Assembly: GCA_017744515.1 (NCBI GenBank) | Contig: JAGIBF010000006.1 | Location: forward strand, 38,395 to 102,394 | DNA: 64,000 bases | Source of the DNA: Niastella sp. | Lineage (GTDB): Bacteria; Bacteroidota; Bacteroidia; Chitinophagales; Chitinophagaceae | Direction: 5' to 3' | Part shown: positions 29,450 to 38,664 of the stretch, piece by piece | How the letters are laid out: every line of letters begins with the position of its first letter | Position numbering within the stretch: position 1 is the stretch's first letter | The notes under the pieces: model-generated | What the model saw: the letters and a program-made list of their open reading frames with translations, nothing else | Databases searched by the model: none | What the model was told of the DNA's origin: nothing | Position numbers and translations under genes: made by a program

Positions 29450-30607
29450 ATGAAACAAGGATATTTTTCTTTCACAATAGCTGTTTTGATATTGTTGTTG
29501 GGTGGCTGTAAAAAAGATAGTGCGGATGATCCTGATAATGGAGGTGGGAATGGCCCTAATCCAGTAGTGGTACCCAAAGACTCTACCATCATCACTTTTG
29601 CGGGCAATGGCACTGCCGGGTTCAGCGGAGATAACGGCCCGGCCGTCAATGCACAACTATCGACTACCTGCAGAAGGGTTTGTGTTGACAATGCCGGCAA
29701 CGTATATATTGCGGATGGCACCAATCACCGGATCAGGAAAATAGACAAGGCAGGTATCATTACCACCATCGCCGGAACAGGCGCCAATGGCTTTGCCGGA
29801 GATAATGGGGCCGCTACTTCGGCCCAATTGTCGGCACCAGAAGGATTACTCGCAGACGCTGCCGGCAATATCCTCTTTGCCGACAAAGGGAATGACCGGA
29901 TACGCAAGATCAGTCCTTCCGGGGTTATCACTACCATTGCCGGCACCAAATATAACTACAGCCCCAATTATGGAGATGGAGGATCGGCGACCTCCGATTC
30001 AGTAAGATTGAATGCCCCCAATGCCATTGCACTCGACAAAGCAGGTAATCTTTTTATTGCCGACTGGGCATCCGGCCGTATCAGGAAGGTAACGGCATCA
30101 ACGGGCATTATCACCACCATTGCCGGCAAGCGACCATCAGGGCTCGCAGGCAACGGAGATGGCGGGCCTGCGCTCAATGCAAAGATACCTTACCCAACAG
30201 GTCTGGCCTTCGACCAGGCAGGCAACCTCTTCATCGTATCAGAGCAAACGATCCGCAAGATAGACCTGAGTGGAATCATCACTACGATCGCAGGGACCGG
30301 ACAAGGCAGCGGTGATCCGGGAAATGGCGGACCAGCCATATCTGCCAACATCTGGCCTGTGGATATTACCTTCAACAACTTCGATGAGCTCATCATCGCG
30401 GATTATGGGAGAAGCCTGCTAAGGAAGATCGACAAGAATGGTATTATTTACACACTGGCAGGGGGCTATAATGCACCGCTGGGCGATGGAGGCAAACCCA
30501 TCAATGCCGGCCTCACCTATCCTACCGGCGTGGCCTGTGATGGAACGGGCAATATCTACATTGCCGATTATGGCGCCAGGCGGGTGAGAAAGATCCAACT
30601 GAAATGA
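29450..30607 (+). CDS. NHL-repeat beta-propeller lipoprotein
   Basis: Lipobox LGGC; about six GDxGPA..A.L..P..D.AGN..IAD..N.RIRKI repeats. Confidence 0.9.
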   Translation: MKQGYFSFTIAVLILLLGGCKKDSADDPDNGGGNGPNPVVVPKDSTIITFAGNGTAGFSGDNGPAVNAQLSTTCRRVCVDNAGNVYIADGTNHRIRKIDKAGIITTIAGTGANGFAGDNGAATSAQLSAPEGLLADAAGNILFADKGNDRIRKISPSGVITTIAGTKYNYSPNYGDGGSATSDSVRLNAPNAIALDKAGNLFIADWASGRIRKVTASTGIITTIAGKRPSGLAGNGDGGPALNAKIPYPTGLAFDQAGNLFIVSEQTIRKIDLSGIITTIAGTGQGSGDPGNGGPAISANIWPVDITFNNFDELIIADYGRSLLRKIDKNGIIYTLAGGYNAPLGDGGKPINAGLTYPTGVACDGTGNIYIADYGARRVRKIQLK

Positions 30608-30670
30608 TCGATCTTTTAAGCCTTTCCTATGGTATTAAAATTATCTCCTCATTTCTTTATACGCTTAATA

Positions 30671-31624
30671 ATGAAAAGTGTCTTTATCACTATCGCCGCT
30701 GTATTGATCATACAAACCTCTATGGCTCAAAAAAAGGTCAATACCACTTTTGAAAGTATAAAAGAACAATGCCATGGACTGCCGGAGGACAAAAGGGTAC
30801 GACTGACAGTAACCCGTTTTTCCGTATCTACCGGGAATGCTCCGGCAGATTTTGGAGGCAACCTTGCTACCATGCTGACCAACGCTTTACAAGGAGTGAA
30901 TTGTTATACAGTGCTGGAAAACCTGCAGCACGAAGAAGATTACAAAGGAGAGGTAGATCATGGCGAAGGTGAATATGCGAGAAAGTCTTCAGCTCCTAAA
31001 AAGGGAAAGCAACTGGGTGCACAAATAGTAGTAACAGGAGAACTTACTGAATACAACTCCAAAAACAATGGGGTCAGGTTTGGCATTGTAAAAGTAGGCA
31101 GCAATAAGGCGAAGGTGGGTTTTATCTTAAAAATGATCGACCCTGAAACGCGTAAGATACTTTACTCGCAATCCATCAATACGGAAGGTAAAACCAGTGG
31201 CACGACAGAGGTCGGTGCATTTGGCGTAAATGTTGTGAGCGCTGGCGGGAATGACCCGGCGCTGGCCAATGCCTGTGAACAGGGGATTATCAAGGCAGTG
31301 GAATTCCTTGCGTCAAAAAGGGATTCGCTCAACCTGAAGGGCACTGCTTCCAATGCCAACAGCGGGGCTATAATCAATGAAACAGAAGTGACACTGACTG
31401 AAGCCAATTTTACTTCTTTCAATAATTTCTATACATTGCTTACCAGTATTCCCTCTTTTAAATCAGCCGAAAAGTCCCTTAAGTCGGGCACGGCCAGCTA
31501 TTTTGTTTCACATCTCAACACTACAGATAAGCTACTGGAAGAACTAAATAAAAAGCTGAACGGTGTATATGAAGTGACAGGGTTTGAAAATGGCAAGATC
31601 GAGATCAGGGCTAAAAAACAGTAA
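30671..31624 (+). CDS. CsgG/HfaB-like protein with an extra C-terminal domain
   Basis: LATMLTNAL...YTVLE, GAQIVVTGELTEY, LKMIDPET motifs. Confidence 0.8.
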   Translation: MKSVFITIAAVLIIQTSMAQKKVNTTFESIKEQCHGLPEDKRVRLTVTRFSVSTGNAPADFGGNLATMLTNALQGVNCYTVLENLQHEEDYKGEVDHGEGEYARKSSAPKKGKQLGAQIVVTGELTEYNSKNNGVRFGIVKVGSNKAKVGFILKMIDPETRKILYSQSINTEGKTSGTTEVGAFGVNVVSAGGNDPALANACEQGIIKAVEFLASKRDSLNLKGTASNANSGAIINETEVTLTEANFTSFNNFYTLLTSIPSFKSAEKSLKSGTASYFVSHLNTTDKLLEELNKKLNGVYEVTGFENGKIEIRAKKQ

Positions 31625-31744
31625 AGGCAAAACAGGTTGTCTCTAAAGCAATTGATTGCCGGAAAGATTCAATGCATGCCATCTTCCCGGTAAAATACGC
31701 CGGAATTACTTTAGAGACAACCTGTTTATTATTTATGATCAGCA

Positions 31745-33412
31745 CTATGCCTTTTTTGAGGCCTTCATTTTCTTGCACCAAAACCACAAGCCCACTGCTA
31801 TCATCAACACTTGCATGAATGCCCAGAACATGGTGCTGATGTCGCGGGTGAGCTTACCACCCCAATCCATGAAGTGGTGTTTATGAAAGAGTGCGAAGCT
31901 GTACCCTTCTGCCAGGTCTTTATCGTTCACCACAGTAGCCAACTGACCAGTGCTCGTTTCCACATAGTATCTCTCCTTACTGTTTTCTGCATAGCCTACT
32001 TTCCAAACGGGTAAACGTTTATTCACAAAGCCGTATTCATCCACAAATTTGGTGATGACTGTTGTGTTCAGGATCTTATCGGCCTGACTTCCGCTGAACA
32101 GGGTGCCCAGGTAACGTGCGTATTGTTCTTCGCCACCTGCAAGCAACTTATAATCGGTTGCAGATATATACAATGTATTAGGCGGTGGCACACTCATGCT
32201 CTTCATCAGATCCTTACCGCCTGAAGGGGTTGATTTCCCTGCCGCAGGTTTAGTGCTTTTATGAAATACCTGCCAGTATTCGCCGCTTTCCATTTTGACC
32301 AGTGATACGTTCGTGATCCGTTTATCTGAACCAACTGTGGTGTAGAGTTTTTGCCAATCGATCGAAGCCTGCGGGGCAGTAAAACGATTATCAACAGTGG
32401 TAATACCGGGGGCATCGGCGTTTAACTTTTCAAAAGCATGGAAAGCGCCGCTGAAGGTGAACAGCAAGGTAAAGAGAGAAGCAGTGAGTGAAGTGTAGCG
32501 GTGTATGCGCCGGGCACGAACCGTTGAGTTGCCATTTGCCTTCCTGGTCTTCGTGGTAAAGAACATGTACAATCCCATGATGGTGGTAAACATCGCCATC
32601 AACATGATCAATATCTCGATGACATGTTTTCCTTTGCCCATGAAGTCCAGCCATCCCAGGGTATGAAACCAGGAAAAGAAGGTATCGAAAGCAGCGCGCC
32701 GGTTGTCTACAGCGAAAGCAAACCGGTCCTTCGCGGTCTCTACATAAATGCGAACGCCGTCTGCCCGATCGAAACTTACTTTATAAGCAGGCAGGTAACG
32801 GTTCACATATTTGTATTCGCTGTCGAATTGTTCGATGAAATCTACGGTAGTAACCTTTGCTCCTTTGGTGACGTTCATGATCGTAAACATCGTGTTGGTA
32901 CAGCAATCATGGTCACCGCTCAATGCTTCTGCCGCAGGGGTTGTACTGCCATCGGGCAAAGGTTCCGGCTTAAGAGATGCCAGCATCTTACCGGCTTTGG
33001 CATCTGCTGCAGCCTGCTCGTCTCCTTCAAGGAATTGTTTGGCCAGGTAACGGGCATACAGTTGATCGCCATCGGGCAATAGCTTACCATTATCGGCGCT
33101 GTAGTATTTCAATACAGCATTGCCTGGCAGTTTTACCTGGTAAAACAAATTGCCGTTCATAGCTACCAATCTGAACCGGCTGAATGAATCCACTTTATTC
33201 TTTTGCAGCGCCTGTGCCAGTGATACTTTGATCTTTGCTGTGTCAATGACAGGTGCTGTTAACTTTTGTGTAGCGACCTGTGGACGAACGTTGGTCATCA
33301 GCGGATGCATAAAGCCACTCATTGCCCACAGCAATACCGGCAATGCTATAATGAGGCTTACTATACGGTGCAACCGGTACATGTTCCGGCGGATATATTT
33401 TCGGAGGGACAT
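31745..33412 (-). CDS. PepSY-associated TM-helix protein
   Basis: RLHRIVSL..AMSG, FSWFHTLGW, ALFHKHHF; lies directly downstream of the TonB receptor. Confidence 0.85.
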   Translation of the reverse strand: MSLRKYIRRNMYRLHRIVSLIIALPVLLWAMSGFMHPLMTNVRPQVATQKLTAPVIDTAKIKVSLAQALQKNKVDSFSRFRLVAMNGNLFYQVKLPGNAVLKYYSADNGKLLPDGDQLYARYLAKQFLEGDEQAAADAKAGKMLASLKPEPLPDGSTTPAAEALSGDHDCCTNTMFTIMNVTKGAKVTTVDFIEQFDSEYKYVNRYLPAYKVSFDRADGVRIYVETAKDRFAFAVDNRRAAFDTFFSWFHTLGWLDFMGKGKHVIEILIMLMAMFTTIMGLYMFFTTKTRKANGNSTVRARRIHRYTSLTASLFTLLFTFSGAFHAFEKLNADAPGITTVDNRFTAPQASIDWQKLYTTVGSDKRITNVSLVKMESGEYWQVFHKSTKPAAGKSTPSGGKDLMKSMSVPPPNTLYISATDYKLLAGGEEQYARYLGTLFSGSQADKILNTTVITKFVDEYGFVNKRLPVWKVGYAENSKERYYVETSTGQLATVVNDKDLAEGYSFALFHKHHFMDWGGKLTRDISTMFWAFMQVLMIAVGLWFWCKKMKASKKA

Positions 33413-33415
33413 GGG

Positions 33416-35752
33416 TTATTTTTTGAAGAGGTGACCAAAATCGTAAGACAGCCCTACGTTGAAATTCCGGGGTTCTGCCGGGTTGTAGCTATAGCCAAAG
33501 CTGCTTTTGCTGGCAGTATAGGCGTAATAACTGTCGCCCAGGTTGATCGTATTTACCCACACTTCCATTGCTTTCCATTGGTAGCCCACGCGCAAATGCA
33601 CCACGTTGAAACCGGGATATTTAACTGTATTCACCGGATCGAGCCAGTAACTACCCACATGCTGCCACTCCACCCCTACTCTTAAACCTTTCACAAAAGA
33701 GGGGCGATACCACAGTTCTGTATTGTATATCCAGTTGGGGGCTCCGTTCATTTCATTGCCGTCATATTTTACGCCTTTCTCGTTGAAGTTGGTAAACTCA
33801 TGGCGACTGTAAGCGCCACTGAAGCGAAAGGTCACCTCTTTAACAGGTATAGCATTTACGCCCAGCTCAATGCCCTTGTGCAGGGTTTTACCAGCGTTTC
33901 GATTCTCCGTAGATCCATCATCCAGCTTTACAGACACCACCTCATTGGTACCTTCGAGGTAATACAGGCTTACATCAGCGCTCAGTTTGTCTTTCAGCAG
34001 GGAAAGCCATCCGCCAGCTTCATAATTGTAAAAGGTAGAAGATTTTAAATCAGGCACCTTTACTCCACGATACATCTCTGTGACCTCCGGTGGCACGAAG
34101 CCCTGGCTATAGTTGGCATAGATACCTGCCGTACGGCTGAAGTTATAGGTGAACCCTACTTTCGGGCTCAGGGCGCTGAAATGATTAGTGGTATCAGGTG
34201 AGCCACTAAAAGCAGAAGGCTTTAAATGGTTGTCGAACTTATATCGAAAGAGATCGTAGCGCAATGATGCTACTACCCGCAGTTTTTCTACCGGCGACAA
34301 TTCCACATTTACAAATGCCGCATAGTTGTTGATGTTGTTGCTGTAATGTGTGAGTACACTATCCTTTGGCTCGTAGCTCAGGTATTTGCCGCTAACTGAA
34401 TCTTTCTTTATGCGGATGTAATCTGCGCGGTAAGTTGAAGGGCTGATATCTGCGCTAACACCGCCAATGATGGCTGCTTCTTTCCAGGCGAATTGTTGTT
34501 TGTGCTGTGCAATGAGTACATAGCTGTTGAAAGATGCAGCATTGATCTCCCCATGTGCGAGGTCCTTCTTCCCTACCCAACTATTGCCCTGACGACGGTA
34601 ATCGTCTTTTACTGAGTAAGCAGGGTTCTGACCGATGGTATTATCCCGGTACAGAAATGACACACTGCTTTTGCTGTTGTCATTCCAGGTATGTTGTAAT
34701 GTAGAGCGATAGCGCAGGGCATCTACTGAACGATAGGTAAAGGTTTGCGGATTGAGAAATGATTTGTTGGCAAATTTGGTGCTGTCGATACCACCGGGCA
34801 TATCGCTGTAATAATCCATCGAGGTGATGGTATTCGTCAACAGGGTCTTATCGCTAAAGCGGTAATCGACACGGGCGCTGAGTATGCCTTTATGAAAATC
34901 GCTGTATTCAATGTAACTGTTCCGTTTATCTGCATAATAGCCGTTCACGCTTACGCTCCATTTGCCGCTGGTGAATCCGGTTTGCAGATCGGCTCTTTTA
35001 TAACCTATGTCGTTGCCTTGTACAGATAGTTTAAGGGAAGGCAAAGCCGTAGGCGCCAGGGTAATGAAATTCACCACGCCTCCAATGGCTTCACTGCCAT
35101 AAAGAGAAGACGATGGGCCTTTATTTACTTCTATGTTCCGTACGGCAGCCATGTTCATCTCCAGCAAAGCGTTGTGGTTGAATAAGCCGGTTGTGCGGAT
35201 GGGAATACCATCTTCGAGGTAGAGAAACAGGCTTTTGGTGGTCATCGGCTGGCGAATGCTCATGGAGTGTTGTTCGTTGCCAAGGTTTACCATGTACACA
35301 CCGCTCACTTTATTCAATACCTGGTCTGCCGTGATGGGGCGCGTGTCCTGTATGGTTTTAGACGTCAGGGTGTTGATGGCGATGGGCGCCTGTGAACGTT
35401 TGGCCACATCGCGGTTGGCAGTGATCACCACTTCCTGCATGGTGCTGTTATTGACCTGCAGTGCGATGATCAATTCAGTTTGTGATCTATCGACTTGTAT
35501 GTTAACTGATTGATAACCGACAGAAGAAACGATGAGTTGTTGTTGTCCTTCGGGCAGTTGTAGTTCAAACTCTCCATTATTATTGGTAAAAGCACCCAGT
35601 TTAGCAGCTTTGATCTGTACAGCTGCGTGTGCAATGGGTTCTTTGGTTACGCCATCTATTACTTTTCCGCGGCATTTGCCTGATTGGGCAACTGCCTGTT
35701 GTATAAATAATACGCTGCAAAGCGTGAGAAGGTATTTAATTACACTTTTCAT
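33416..35752 (-). CDS. TonB-dependent receptor (N-terminal CarboxypepD_reg-like domain, plug, barrel)
   Basis: Start MKSVIKY; EVVITANR, IEVNKGPSSSLYG..GGVVN, PRNFNVGLSYDF. Confidence 0.95.
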   Translation of the reverse strand: MKSVIKYLLTLCSVLFIQQAVAQSGKCRGKVIDGVTKEPIAHAAVQIKAAKLGAFTNNNGEFELQLPEGQQQLIVSSVGYQSVNIQVDRSQTELIIALQVNNSTMQEVVITANRDVAKRSQAPIAINTLTSKTIQDTRPITADQVLNKVSGVYMVNLGNEQHSMSIRQPMTTKSLFLYLEDGIPIRTTGLFNHNALLEMNMAAVRNIEVNKGPSSSLYGSEAIGGVVNFITLAPTALPSLKLSVQGNDIGYKRADLQTGFTSGKWSVSVNGYYADKRNSYIEYSDFHKGILSARVDYRFSDKTLLTNTITSMDYYSDMPGGIDSTKFANKSFLNPQTFTYRSVDALRYRSTLQHTWNDNSKSSVSFLYRDNTIGQNPAYSVKDDYRRQGNSWVGKKDLAHGEINAASFNSYVLIAQHKQQFAWKEAAIIGGVSADISPSTYRADYIRIKKDSVSGKYLSYEPKDSVLTHYSNNINNYAAFVNVELSPVEKLRVVASLRYDLFRYKFDNHLKPSAFSGSPDTTNHFSALSPKVGFTYNFSRTAGIYANYSQGFVPPEVTEMYRGVKVPDLKSSTFYNYEAGGWLSLLKDKLSADVSLYYLEGTNEVVSVKLDDGSTENRNAGKTLHKGIELGVNAIPVKEVTFRFSGAYSRHEFTNFNEKGVKYDGNEMNGAPNWIYNTELWYRPSFVKGLRVGVEWQHVGSYWLDPVNTVKYPGFNVVHLRVGYQWKAMEVWVNTINLGDSYYAYTASKSSFGYSYNPAEPRNFNVGLSYDFGHLFKK

Positions 35753-35949
35753 TATCGTCCGGTTTTGGCATGAAGTATTTGCCACCTTTGCCATCGCAAA
35801 AGTGCATGGAACAACGGGCCACTTCAACGGGAGGCTGTATGAAGTGGAAAATTTTGAGCATGAATCGAAGACTACGCTACTATACGCCACCCACTTTGCT
35901 CACCGGTAAGCAAAGGGATAATGTACATGCAGGTTACACTACGGGATTG

Positions 35950-36318
35950 TTAAGCTCGCGGAGGATGAAAAATGGCAGCAACATCCTGTTGGATGGTATG
36001 TGCTGCGTAAGCGGGGAAACGAGTAGCTATTACTGTATACAGTTCAAGGTGTGCTTCTTCTGCGACTTCGTTGAACAGGAATACTTCGAACTTTTCTTTG
36101 CCGCCATTCATCGGGGTGCTCTCCTGCTTGTCCTGGGCGGTCATTTGCTTGCGCAGGTAACACTTACCGTGACAATCGGAGTTGGGCTTTGCACGGTTTT
36201 CACACAAAGTAGCGGCAATGGTTCGCTGGTTGATGGCAAAGCTCACCACCAGCCAGCATTTGCTGAAGGTTTGTGCCATTACGATCACCAGCAATAATAT
36301 GGCGCCTGCCTGCTTCAA
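35950..36318 (-). CDS. Small Cys/His-motif membrane protein typical upstream of Bacteroidota metal TBDRs
   Basis: TTG start 36318; LCENR...CHGKCYL and FHPP motifs; -7 box TACTTTTG at 36333-36340 on the minus strand. Confidence 0.75.
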   Translation of the reverse strand: MKQAGAILLLVIVMAQTFSKCWLVVSFAINQRTIAATLCENRAKPNSDCHGKCYLRKQMTAQDKQESTPMNGGKEKFEVFLFNEVAEEAHLELYTVIATRFPAYAAHTIQQDVAAIFHPPRA

Positions 36319-36529
36319 TTGTGAAATTTGTGCAAAAGTAAGGTGTGAATGCTGAAATAAGAACAACCAATACGGGGGATTTTTTTAAGTTCAGCATCTT
36401 GAGGTTAACGTACAAGGTCAGCGTTCACTAATCACACTGAGCTCAAGTATCATATTCCAGGACTTGGTATTGTTGACGTCCTTCTCTATATTGGGGATTA
36501 AACGACTCTCTTTACTAAATATTCAAACT

Positions 36530-37459
36530 GTGTTCTCTTTCTTTAAGCGCAAAAAGCCACTATTACCGGTTCCAGAATGGGCTTCCTTTTTTACCCAGGA
36601 AGAATATAACAGATTCATATCTCACCTCGAAGGCTATTTAAAAGGAAAGAATGTCGAACGCGATTATGAAGATGCAGCCTTTGTTATTGAAGATGAATAC
36701 AATGAGAAAACCACTCATGGCTTAAATAACATTGCTCAGCAATGTAAACAAACACCTTCCCGCAGATGGAAGAAATTGATAGTTTCTCATTTTGATTCAT
36801 TTAAAAAGATTGACAAGTTCAACCGTGAGTTTGAAGCTCATGCACACAACTTTACCCATGTAAGTCCGTTTCTTGGCGTAAGGCTCTATAACAAGGGATA
36901 TATTAGCACTATTGGGGATGGCATCGTGATTACACGGCCTGTTACGGAAGACATTATTGCCATGCTGGTCTTCGACTTTCCGCATAGTGTGTCAAATGTA
37001 AAGCCTGAACAGAGTGTTTTTTGGAACAAATCGGAGGATGAGCTTTTCGAGATAGGTATTTCAAATATAAGGTCCAATTATAAAACTGAGATATCCAGTC
37101 ATCGATTGGAAGAATTCGATATCTTCATGGCTGAGGGGGATCATTTCTTTGTCCCCAATATTTTACTGGAATTACAACAACATCCATCGCTAATAGGTAC
37201 TTACGGATCGCTGATAAGCATTCCACACAGGCATAGTGTCCTGTTCTATCCCATTGAAAATATGCAGGTTGCCAAAGCGGTCAATCATTTTATCCCGCTC
37301 ACCAATTATATGTATGAACAAGGGCCGGGCTCCATCAGCCCGAAACTGTACTGGTATTATCAGAACTCTTTTCAATTATTGCCTTACGAACTAACTGACC
37401 GTTCTTTAAAACTAATACCGCCGGATGACTTTGTATCCATGCTGAATCTACTGGAATAA
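36530..37459 (+). CDS. Hypothetical protein (weak DUF1444-like resemblance)
   Basis: GTG start MFSFFKRKK; WNKSEDELFEIG, LISIPHRH and GPGSISPKLYW motifs. Confidence 0.65.
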   Translation: MFSFFKRKKPLLPVPEWASFFTQEEYNRFISHLEGYLKGKNVERDYEDAAFVIEDEYNEKTTHGLNNIAQQCKQTPSRRWKKLIVSHFDSFKKIDKFNREFEAHAHNFTHVSPFLGVRLYNKGYISTIGDGIVITRPVTEDIIAMLVFDFPHSVSNVKPEQSVFWNKSEDELFEIGISNIRSNYKTEISSHRLEEFDIFMAEGDHFFVPNILLELQQHPSLIGTYGSLISIPHRHSVLFYPIENMQVAKAVNHFIPLTNYMYEQGPGSISPKLYWYYQNSFQLLPYELTDRSLKLIPPDDFVSMLNLLE

Positions 37460-37467
37460 TCAATCGC

Positions 37468-38346
37468 TTAGCTTACTTCATTTACCTGATAATGTTTGCG
37501 GTGGGCCATCGGTGTTTTACCGGTGATGGTCTTGAAGTGCCGGTTGAAGTTGGAGAAGTTATTGAAGCCGCTTTCGTAACATACCTCGGCAATGCTTTTC
37601 CGGGTTTCGGCCAGCAGTTTACAGGCATGCCCTATCCGTACTTCCATGAGGAACTGGGAGAAAGTCTTTTTAATACGTGACTTGAAGTAACGGCAAAAGG
37701 AGTTGGGACTAATGTGTGCTACTTTAGCAATCTGCTCCAGCGTAATCTCGCGGGAGAAGTTCTTCATAATATGCTGGTATATATTGTTCATGCGATCAGC
37801 TTCCATTTCATTGTACTGGAAATCCAATCCTTTGCTGCATACTGTTTTGGTTTGCCGTGAGCCGGCGATTGCATGCAATATCTGCATCAATAAAATAAGG
37901 CGTTCGCCTTTACGGGCCGTCACCAATTGCTGCATGTATCCGGCTACCGCTATCCTCGTCTGGTTTTTGATACGCACAGCCTGCTGGGCCTTATCAAATA
38001 ATCTCAACACGTCTTTGTTCTCCGGTAATTTAAAGAAGTCTGCACCTAAACATTCCGGCGTAAAATGTACCACGATCGCTTCCACTTGTAAAGTGGAGTT
38101 TTTACGCAGGTATTTTTCATCGCTCCTGAACCAGTGGGGCAGGTTGGAACCCAACAGGATCATATCGTTGGCCTTGAAGTGGTGGATATGGTCGCCAATG
38201 AATTGCCGGCCATAGCCTTTTATAAAATGTACCAGTTCAATTTCGGGATGGTAGTGCCAGTGGTTGTAAAAATGCGGCAATATAGCATGGCGTACACTGA
38301 AGGAATGATCAGCTTCGAGGTGGATCTTCATTAAATGCGCCTTCAT
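37468..38346 (-). CDS. AraC-family regulator (cupin + HTH)
   Basis: WHYHPEIEL; SFCRYFK; GFNNFSNFNRHFK. Confidence 0.93.
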   Translation of the reverse strand: MKAHLMKIHLEADHSFSVRHAILPHFYNHWHYHPEIELVHFIKGYGRQFIGDHIHHFKANDMILLGSNLPHWFRSDEKYLRKNSTLQVEAIVVHFTPECLGADFFKLPENKDVLRLFDKAQQAVRIKNQTRIAVAGYMQQLVTARKGERLILLMQILHAIAGSRQTKTVCSKGLDFQYNEMEADRMNNIYQHIMKNFSREITLEQIAKVAHISPNSFCRYFKSRIKKTFSQFLMEVRIGHACKLLAETRKSIAEVCYESGFNNFSNFNRHFKTITGKTPMAHRKHYQVNEVS

Positions 38347-38461
38347 GCTAAATCGATTTTAATACTTTCATGGTATAAAATATACACTAAGGTATGTTTC
38401 CGATGGTAAGATAGTATAAAAAATAGGTAATAGCGTGGTAAGTAGTTTTAGTAAATGCTTA

Positions 38462-38469
38462 TACTTTTG
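38462..38469 (+). promoter_or_regulatory. -7 box (TACTTTTG) upstream of ppsA
   Basis: TAnnTTTG match in the divergent intergenic region. Confidence 0.5.
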
Positions 38470-38664
38470 TCTTCACGATCAAGTTACAGGCCTCTACAAT
38501 TGCGGCCAATGAGCAGGGCTCCTATGTGTATCGAAAACACTTTGCCTGCTTTTTGCTTTTCTTTATCAATCCCAATAATCCATTGGTTACAATCTATTTG
38601 ACTCATTGAAATAATACGGGGCAGGAAATCTATTGCTTACTATTCACCGGAAAAAAAAAAACAC

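Noticed and set aside
35753-35890. 46-aa N-terminal extension of the TonB receptor
   Set aside because: The signal peptide begins at MKSVIKY (35752)
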